This document shows, piece by piece, positions 58,105 through 64,000 of a stretch of DNA of 64,000 nt. Under the pieces are notes generated by a model that saw nothing but the letters and a program-made list of their open reading frames with translations, made no database searches and had not been told where the DNA came from. Source of the DNA: Alphaproteobacteria bacterium (GTDB lineage Bacteria; Pseudomonadota; Alphaproteobacteria; UBA828). Position 1 is the first letter of the stretch, and every line of letters begins with the position of its first letter. The stretch covers positions 1,024,001-1,088,000 of the forward strand of contig CBDEFM010000002.1 of NCBI GenBank assembly GCA_965237415.1, read 5' to 3'. The translations under genes and the position numbers were made by a program.

Positions 58105-58770
58105 GTGAGCGCCGGCAACGAACCGGGCGGCATCGACGATTTGCCGCGCGTCATCCCCATCTTCCCGCTACCGGGGGTGATGCTGCTGCCGCGCGGGCGC
58201 CTGCCCCTCAATATCTTCGAGCCGCGCTACCTGCAAATGACCCAGGACGCGATGGCCGCGCACCGGACGATCGGCATGATGCAGCCGGCCGACCCGAAGG
58301 CCAAGCTCGACGAGCCCGAGGTTTATCCCGTCGGTTGTGCCGGCCGCATCACCTCGTTCTCCGAGACGCCGGACAATCGCTTCCTGATCACGCTCAGCGG
58401 CGTCTGCCGCTTCGCCATCGCGCGCGAGCTGGAGGCGGACGGGCTGCTCTACCGCCGCATCAGTGCGGACTACAGCCGCTTCGCCGGCGACCTGCCGGAG
58501 CCCGCGCCGCTCACCGTGGATCGCGGCCGCCTGATCCCGGCGCTCAAGTCCTATTTCGACCACAACGGGCTCACCGCCGACTGGGACGCGATCGACCGGG
58601 CCGATGACGAGGCCCTGATCACCTGCCTCGCGATGGCCTGCCCCTTCGAGCCGAACGAGAAGCAGGCGCTGCTCGAATGCTCGAGCGAGACTGAACGCGT
58701 GGCCCTGATGCAGGCGCTGTTCGAGATGGCGGCCCACGGCGCGGCCGGCCCGCGCTCGCGGATGCAGTGA
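58105..58770 (+). CDS. LON peptidase substrate-binding domain protein
   Basis: [30 protein letters not shown]. Confidence 0.9.
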   Translation: MSAGNEPGGIDDLPRVIPIFPLPGVMLLPRGRLPLNIFEPRYLQMTQDAMAAHRTIGMMQPADPKAKLDEPEVYPVGCAGRITSFSETPDNRFLITLSGVCRFAIARELEADGLLYRRISADYSRFAGDLPEPAPLTVDRGRLIPALKSYFDHNGLTADWDAIDRADDEALITCLAMACPFEPNEKQALLECSSETERVALMQALFEMAAHGAAGPRSRMQ

Positions 58771-58784
58771 GGGAGGTCGCGACG

Positions 58785-58985
58785 ATGGCGGAGGAACGGG
58801 CTACGGTCGACCCTAAGCTGCTGGAGATCCTGGTCTGCCCGCTCACCAAGGAGCCGCTCCGCTACGACGCCGAGCGTCAGGAGCTGATCAGCGACCGCGC
58901 CAAGCTGGCCTTCCCGATCCGGGACGGCATCCCGATCATGCTGCCGGACGAAGCCCGGCCGTTGGAGGAGGACGAGACCCGGTGA
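58785..58985 (+). CDS. Trm112 family (YcaR-like) protein
   Basis: [25 protein letters not shown]. Confidence 0.92.
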   Translation: MAEERATVDPKLLEILVCPLTKEPLRYDAERQELISDRAKLAFPIRDGIPIMLPDEARPLEEDETR

Positions 58986-59353
58986 GCGCGTCCTTCGACG
59001 CTCAGCCCTGGCCGGTCGAGCTTCGCTCCAAGAGCGCCGAGAAAGCCCTGGAGATCGATTTCGACGACGGTCTCAGGTGCAGCCTGCCGGCCGAGCTGCT
59101 GCGGGTGGAGAGCCCTTCGGCGGAAGTAATGGGCCACGGCGAGGGCAAGATCATCGTCCCCGGCCGCCGCCATGTCGGCATCACCCTGATCGAGCCGGTC
59201 GGCAACTACGCCGTCCGCCTCCACTTCGACGATCTGCACACCACCGGCATCTATACCTGGTCCTACCTCCGGCACCTCGCGGAGAGCCGCGATGCGATCT
59301 GGCGCACCTACCTCGATGCGCTGGAGGAGCGAGGGCTGAGCCGGGACCCGTAG
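58982..59353 (+). CDS. DUF971 (GBBH N-terminal-like) protein
   Basis: [31 protein letters not shown]. Confidence 0.9.
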   Translation: MSASFDAQPWPVELRSKSAEKALEIDFDDGLRCSLPAELLRVESPSAEVMGHGEGKIIVPGRRHVGITLIEPVGNYAVRLHFDDLHTTGIYTWSYLRHLAESRDAIWRTYLDALEERGLSRDP

Positions 59354-59390
59354 GGCGTGTGCGGCCCCGAGCGGGCCGATTCAGGTCCGA

Positions 59391-60257
59391 TCAGGCTGCC
59401 TGCCTGGCTCCGGTTCGCTGGAAGATGACGTCCTCCTGGTCATCGGGGACATAGAAGTAGTCGCCCAGTCTCGGGGCATGCCCGAGATCGCCCAGGAGCC
59501 GACGCTGACGCGGCGTGCATGCATCCATGACACCGGCCATGGTGGGGAAGTCATACGCCTTCATGAACATTTGCGCGTAGTTGTAGAGCAATGATTTTCG
59601 GCCCTTCCCCGAATGATTCGGTGCCGGTCCGTGCCACAGCGCGTGACTGAACAGATAGCAATCGCCTGCCTTGCCGCCCAATTGGACAGCTCCCGGCGTG
59701 CGGGGGTTCGGGGCCGCGTCATTGTCGAACGGGATCTGCCGAAGATGGCTGCCAGGGAAGACCGTGAAATTGCCGCAGTCCGTTCCCTCGACGTCGGTGA
59801 GAAGGTACAGGGCCTTAATCGCCAGCGGATTGCTGGTTTCCGTCACGCGAATCCGCCGGAGCGCCTGCCCTCCGTCCGTGTGGGTAAAACCACGGAATTC
59901 GGTTGTGGAAGCACGGACAATTGCTTGCGACATGCTGAGCACGATGTAGGGACCCATGAGCTCAAGAATCGGGTCGAAGACGTTCGTTCGGTCCATGAGG
60001 TCCAGGAACGGCTGGGCGTAGCCCAGGATGTCCCGGCGGTCCATGAAGGATTCTGGGTCGTTCGCCGTCGCATTGTGCTCCACCCAGCCGTAATGGCCGA
60101 ACGGCAGACCCGGTAGAGGCTCCCATCCTGCCTGATGGCGCATGGAGTCGATCAGTCCGCAGTACAGCGAAACTTCCTGCGGATCCAACGCTCCCTTCAA
60201 ATGGATGAACCCGTCTACCGCCCACTGGCGGCGTTGCTCATCGGTCAACGACGGCAT
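59391..60257 (-). CDS. Phytanoyl-CoA dioxygenase (PhyH) family 2OG/Fe(II) enzyme
   Basis: DGFI, HTD, PGSH, GKAGD...WHG..PN...R; ATG at 60257 preceded by GGAGGAGG. Confidence 0.88.
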   Translation of the reverse strand: MPSLTDEQRRQWAVDGFIHLKGALDPQEVSLYCGLIDSMRHQAGWEPLPGLPFGHYGWVEHNATANDPESFMDRRDILGYAQPFLDLMDRTNVFDPILELMGPYIVLSMSQAIVRASTTEFRGFTHTDGGQALRRIRVTETSNPLAIKALYLLTDVEGTDCGNFTVFPGSHLRQIPFDNDAAPNPRTPGAVQLGGKAGDCYLFSHALWHGPAPNHSGKGRKSLLYNYAQMFMKAYDFPTMAGVMDACTPRQRRLLGDLGHAPRLGDYFYVPDDQEDVIFQRTGARQAA

Positions 60258-60400
60258 GGCGCGGTCCTCCTCCGGTTCGGAGCACAAGATACGACGCGAG
60301 GATGATGCCATTCCCGACTTCGACGGTATAGGTCGTTGGGGGGATGGTTCGTCCTGCGCGCTCGCCGACGGGCTGCAGACGGCCGTGCCTTGGCGCGCGG

Positions 60401-61621
60401 TCAGGCGCGCGCAGACGGCCCGTAGGCCAGATACATGGGCTCGCCCTCTGCGAAGCGCGAGGGCCTGAGCGGGCGGATGTCGAAGGGCGATTCGGCCTCG
60501 AGCACGGCCGCGGCAACACACTCGCCGACCGCCGGCGAAAGCTTTAGCCCGTGCCCGGAGAAGCCGGCGGCGAGATAGAGCCCGTCGAGCCCCGGCGCCC
60601 AGCCCAGGATCGGGTGGAAGTCGGGCGTGATGTCGTAGGCGCCCGAGACCGTGCGCACGACCTTGGCATCGACGAAATCCGGCAGCCGCTCGGCAAGCGC
60701 CTTGTCGAGGCGCGTCCGGTGGCGGGCCTCGTCCTCCGCCGACGCAGGCGCGACGGGGTCCGTGACCTCGGGCATCTCGTTGGGATAGGCGACCGCCAGC
60801 AGATAGGGCCCCATGTCGGGGCGCATCACCACGTTGGAGTTGCCGTCGGTGATGCAGGTGCGGATCGTGGGCCGGCCCGGCGGCTGTTCGAGATAGGCCA
60901 TGTCGAGGCGACGGCGCTCGATTGGCGCATCGATGCCGATCGGTGCCAGCAGGTCGGTGGTCCAGGCACCGGCCGCGCAGATCACCACGGGAGCCTCGAT
61001 GCGGCCCTTTGCGGTGTCCACGCCCACGACCCTGCCGTCCGCCGTGGCGATCCCCTCCACCCGGAGTCCCGAATGAAGCGTCGCGCCTGCCGCCTGCGCC
61101 GCGCCGAGCCAGCTCAGCACCATGCGGGTCACGTCGATGTAACCGCCGTTGGGCTCGTAGGCGCCTCCGGCGAGATCGTCGGTGGCGAGCGCCGGTTCCA
61201 GCGCCTTGATCTCGTCGGGGCTGGCGAAGCGCGTGTCAACGCCGAGCTGGCGGCCGAGATCGACGTTGCGCCTACAGGCCTCCACCTGCGCCTCGACGAC
61301 GAGCAGCATGTAGCCGAGCTTCACGTAGCCGGGGTCGCCGACGCCAACCTCCGCCTGCCAGTTGTTCAGCACCTCGAAGCCTCGAATGGCCATCTCGACC
61401 ATCAGCGCGTTCGAGTAGTGCTGGCGGATCTGCCCGAATGTGCGGCCAGACATGCCGCCGACCGGGGGCCGCTCGTCGACCACCACGACCTTGCGGTCCG
61501 ACCGCCGCGTGAGCTGAAAGGCGATGCTCGCCCCCATGATCCCCGCGCCGATCACCACGATGTCGGCGGCGCCCAGCCGCTCCCTGCCACGCACCGTCAT
61601 CTCCGCTCCGCCGTCCGTCAT
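60401..61621 (-). CDS. FAD-dependent oxidoreductase (DAO / sarcosine oxidase beta-like)
   Basis: VVIGAGIMG, AAGAW, YDITPDFHPILG, GFSGHGLKLSP. Confidence 0.9.
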   Translation of the reverse strand: MTDGGAEMTVRGRERLGAADIVVIGAGIMGASIAFQLTRRSDRKVVVVDERPPVGGMSGRTFGQIRQHYSNALMVEMAIRGFEVLNNWQAEVGVGDPGYVKLGYMLLVVEAQVEACRRNVDLGRQLGVDTRFASPDEIKALEPALATDDLAGGAYEPNGGYIDVTRMVLSWLGAAQAAGATLHSGLRVEGIATADGRVVGVDTAKGRIEAPVVICAAGAWTTDLLAPIGIDAPIERRRLDMAYLEQPPGRPTIRTCITDGNSNVVMRPDMGPYLLAVAYPNEMPEVTDPVAPASAEDEARHRTRLDKALAERLPDFVDAKVVRTVSGAYDITPDFHPILGWAPGLDGLYLAAGFSGHGLKLSPAVGECVAAAVLEAESPFDIRPLRPSRFAEGEPMYLAYGPSARA

Positions 61622-61782
61622 CGCCAGGCCCCCACCGGGCGCGGGAGACTAGCACGCGCCGCCTGGCGGCGGTTAGGATCGCGGGCTATCGGGCGTGGCA
61701 GACGTGAAGACCGCGGAGATTGCCACATGACCGACCACCGGCGGCGATCACCGCCTCGGCCGTAGTCTAACGGGGCCACCCA

Positions 61783-62586
61783 GTGCCTCGCACCGCCGGC
61801 GGCCCGCCCGTACTCCAGGTGAGGGACGTGCGCACGCGCTTCCGCACCCAGGGCGGCGGCATGGTGCACGCGGTCAACGGCATCAGCTTCGACCTGCACG
61901 AGGGCGAATTGCTGGGCGTGGTGGGCGAGAGCGGATCGGGCAAGAGCGTGACCATGCTCTCGCTGCTCAGGCTGCTCCCCATGCCGCCGGCCGAGATCGT
62001 CTCTGGCCAGGCGCCGCTCGACGGCGAGGACCTGCTCGCGCTCGACCCGGCACGGCTTCGCCACGTGCGCGGTGCAAAGGTCGGGTTCGTCTTCCAGGAC
62101 CCGATGGCCTCCCTGAACCCGGCACTCAGTGTCGGCTACCAGCTCACCGACCTCGCGAGCTTCTGGGTGCAGATCAAGCAGATGGCGATGCCGGTGATGG
62201 TGCTCGCGCTCTTCAACGCGGCGCAGATCAGCCGCTTCATGCGTGCCGCCGTGCTCGACAATCTGACGCAGGATTATGTGCGCACCGCCCGCGCCAAGGG
62301 CCTGCGCGAGAGGGTCGTGCTGTTCATCCACGTGCTGCGCAACAGCCTGATTCCGGTGGTAACCCTGATCGCGCTCGGCATCCCCACCGTCTTCGGCGGC
62401 GCCATCATCACCGAGAAGATATTTCGGGTGAACGGTATCGGCGAGCTTCTTATCACCGCCATTCAGGGCGCCGACATTCCCCTGGTGCAGACGCTCTCGT
62501 TCCTCTTCACGGTGCTGATCGTGCTCTTCAACCTGATCGCGGACGTGCTCTACGGCGTCCTCGATCCGCGCATCCGCTACGGCTGA
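61783..62586 (+). pseudogene. In-frame chimera: N-terminal part of a DppD ATPase fused to C-terminal part of a DppB permease
   Basis: GESGSGKS and FQDPMASLNP, then directly QMAMPVMVLAL...DYVRTARAKGL...LDPRIRYG; ABC signature, Walker B and permease N-half are absent. Confidence 0.85.
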
Positions 62587-62589
62587 GCG

Positions 62590-63519
62590 ATGCCGACGAC
62601 CTCCTCAGGCAGCCTTGGCAGCCCGTCGCGCGCGACAGGGCGTCACCGCTCGCTCTGGATGGATGTCTGGCTCGCCTTCCGCAACCACACCGGCGCGCTG
62701 GCTGGCGCCGGAGTCTTTCTCTCAATCTCACTGGCGGTCGCCATCGGCCCGCTCATCCATACCGTGGACCCCCACTATCTCGACATCCTGGCGAAGAACC
62801 AGGGCCCCTCACTCGCGCACCCGATGGGGACCGACAACTTCGGCCGCGACACGCTCGCCCAGATGCTGGCGGGGGGCCGCATATCGCTCGCCGTCGGCTT
62901 CACCGCGATGCTGATCTCGCTGGTGCTCGGCACCCTGGTGGGCGTGTTCGCCGGCTTCTTCAGAGGGCTCGACGGCCTTCTGATGCGGCTCACCGACATG
63001 TTCCTGGCGCTGCCGCTGCTGCCGCTGCTGCTGGTCGTCATCATGCTGTTCCGCGACAGCCTGCGCGGCGCCTTCGGCCCGGAGACCGGAATCTTCCCGC
63101 TGGTGGTGTTCATCATCGGCATCACCAGCTGGATGCAGACCGCGCGCATCGTGCGCGGCGACGTGCTGGCGCTCCGGGAGCGCGAGTTCGTGACCGCCGC
63201 GCGCAGCATCGGCACGCGCAGGCGGCGCATCATCACCCGTCACATCCTGCCCAATGTGCTGAGCCCGATCATGGTGTCTGCGACGCTCGGCATCGCCAAC
63301 GCGATCATCATCGAATCGGCGCTCTCGTTCCTCGGGCTGGGCTTCCCGCCGGACTTCCCGACTTGGGGGCGGCTGCTCTTCGACGGCGCCAACTTCATTT
63401 CCGTCACGCCGGCGCGCGTGCTCTGGCCCGGCTTGGCGATCTCGCTCACGGTGCTGAGCGTCAACTACATCGGCGACGGTCTGCGCGACGCACTCGACCC
63501 ACGCCTCCGGGGCGCATAA
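62590..63519 (+). CDS. DppC/OppC-type ABC permease
   Basis: HPMGTDNFGRD, REFVTAARSIG, HILPN, IGDGLRDALDPR. Confidence 0.93.
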   Translation: MPTTSSGSLGSPSRATGRHRSLWMDVWLAFRNHTGALAGAGVFLSISLAVAIGPLIHTVDPHYLDILAKNQGPSLAHPMGTDNFGRDTLAQMLAGGRISLAVGFTAMLISLVLGTLVGVFAGFFRGLDGLLMRLTDMFLALPLLPLLLVVIMLFRDSLRGAFGPETGIFPLVVFIIGITSWMQTARIVRGDVLALREREFVTAARSIGTRRRRIITRHILPNVLSPIMVSATLGIANAIIIESALSFLGLGFPPDFPTWGRLLFDGANFISVTPARVLWPGLAISLTVLSVNYIGDGLRDALDPRLRGA

Positions 63520-63522
63520 AGC

Positions 63523-64000
63523 CTATCTGTACGGCGAAAGGTCGACCGGCAGGTCGTAGGCCTCCCGCAGGCGCCGGTACTTGCCGGTGGCGACCATGGC
63601 GGCGACGGCGTGCTCGACCGCGTGATGGAGCTTGTCGTTGTCCTTCTTGATGGCGAAGCCCACCTCGCGCACCGGGCGGAACACACCTTCCACGAGATGG
63701 GTGCGGGATTCGGGGTCGGCGGTGATCGCCACCGCGCTCACGGTCTGGACGAAGTAGCCCTGCGCGTGCCCCATGGAGACCGGGAAGTGGGTCCAGCGGT
63801 GGTGGGGGAAGGAGTGGACGTGCATCGGCGCGCGGCCCGCTTCCTCGAACTTTCGGTTGAGGGCGTGGGCGAAGCGCTCCGCGCTCGAGCCCGACGTGAC
63901 CGAGGCGACCCGGCCGCTCAGGTCGTCCACCGCCTTGATGCGGAACGGATTGCCCCTGAGCACCATCAGGTGATCGCCGACGACCAGATACGGCACGGTC
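63523..64000 (-). CDS. Amino-acid ABC substrate-binding protein, family 3 (5' end outside window)
   Basis: PYL, DDLSGRVASVTSGS, GFAIKK, MVATGKY pattern. Confidence 0.75.
   Translation of the reverse strand, partial: TVPYLVVGDHLMVLRGNPFRIKAVDDLSGRVASVTSGSSAERFAHALNRKFEEAGRAPMHVHSFPHHRWTHFPVSMGHAQGYFVQTVSAVAITADPESRTHLVEGVFRPVREVGFAIKKDNDKLHHAVEHAVAAMVATGKYRRLREAYDLPVDLSPYR

Overview
High-GC bacterial chromosomal window, most likely an alphaproteobacterium (inferred from the DUF1491/DUF192 genes, the thioredoxin-LON-Trm112-DUF971 cluster and REP-like palindromes; a marine or host-associated Rhodospirillales-like organism is plausible but not provable here). It is dominated by catabolic and transport genes: two PotABCD-type, two Dpp/Opp-type, one sugar-type and one amino-acid ABC system, two Rieske oxygenases, two DddP-like M24 proteins, a GcvT/DMG-dehydrogenase-like flavoprotein, a GMC dehydrogenase, hydantoinase/oxoprolinase A+B, acyl-CoA dehydrogenase, CoA-transferase, PrpD-like protein and an aromatic amino-acid decarboxylase, plus recG, ruvX and HU. 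Several AT-richer one- or two-gene islets are scattered through it (MT-A70 methyltransferase, HEPN-motif protein, DUF2806-like protein, small protein + PIN), along with an orphan MNT. The most striking unexplained feature is a ~220-260 bp non-coding element present twice in inverted orientation (31419-31680 and 55240-55461) whose core of six GGGA boxes at 10-bp period (GGGATTAAGT) is 50/51 identical between copies while the flanks have diverged. Also present: two copies of a TA-ended MITE carrying a REP-like double hairpin, and an in-frame ATPase/permease chimeric ORF. No rRNA, tRNA, CRISPR array, integrase, transposase or reverse transcriptase was recognised. All family calls are by eye from motifs, without database searches.
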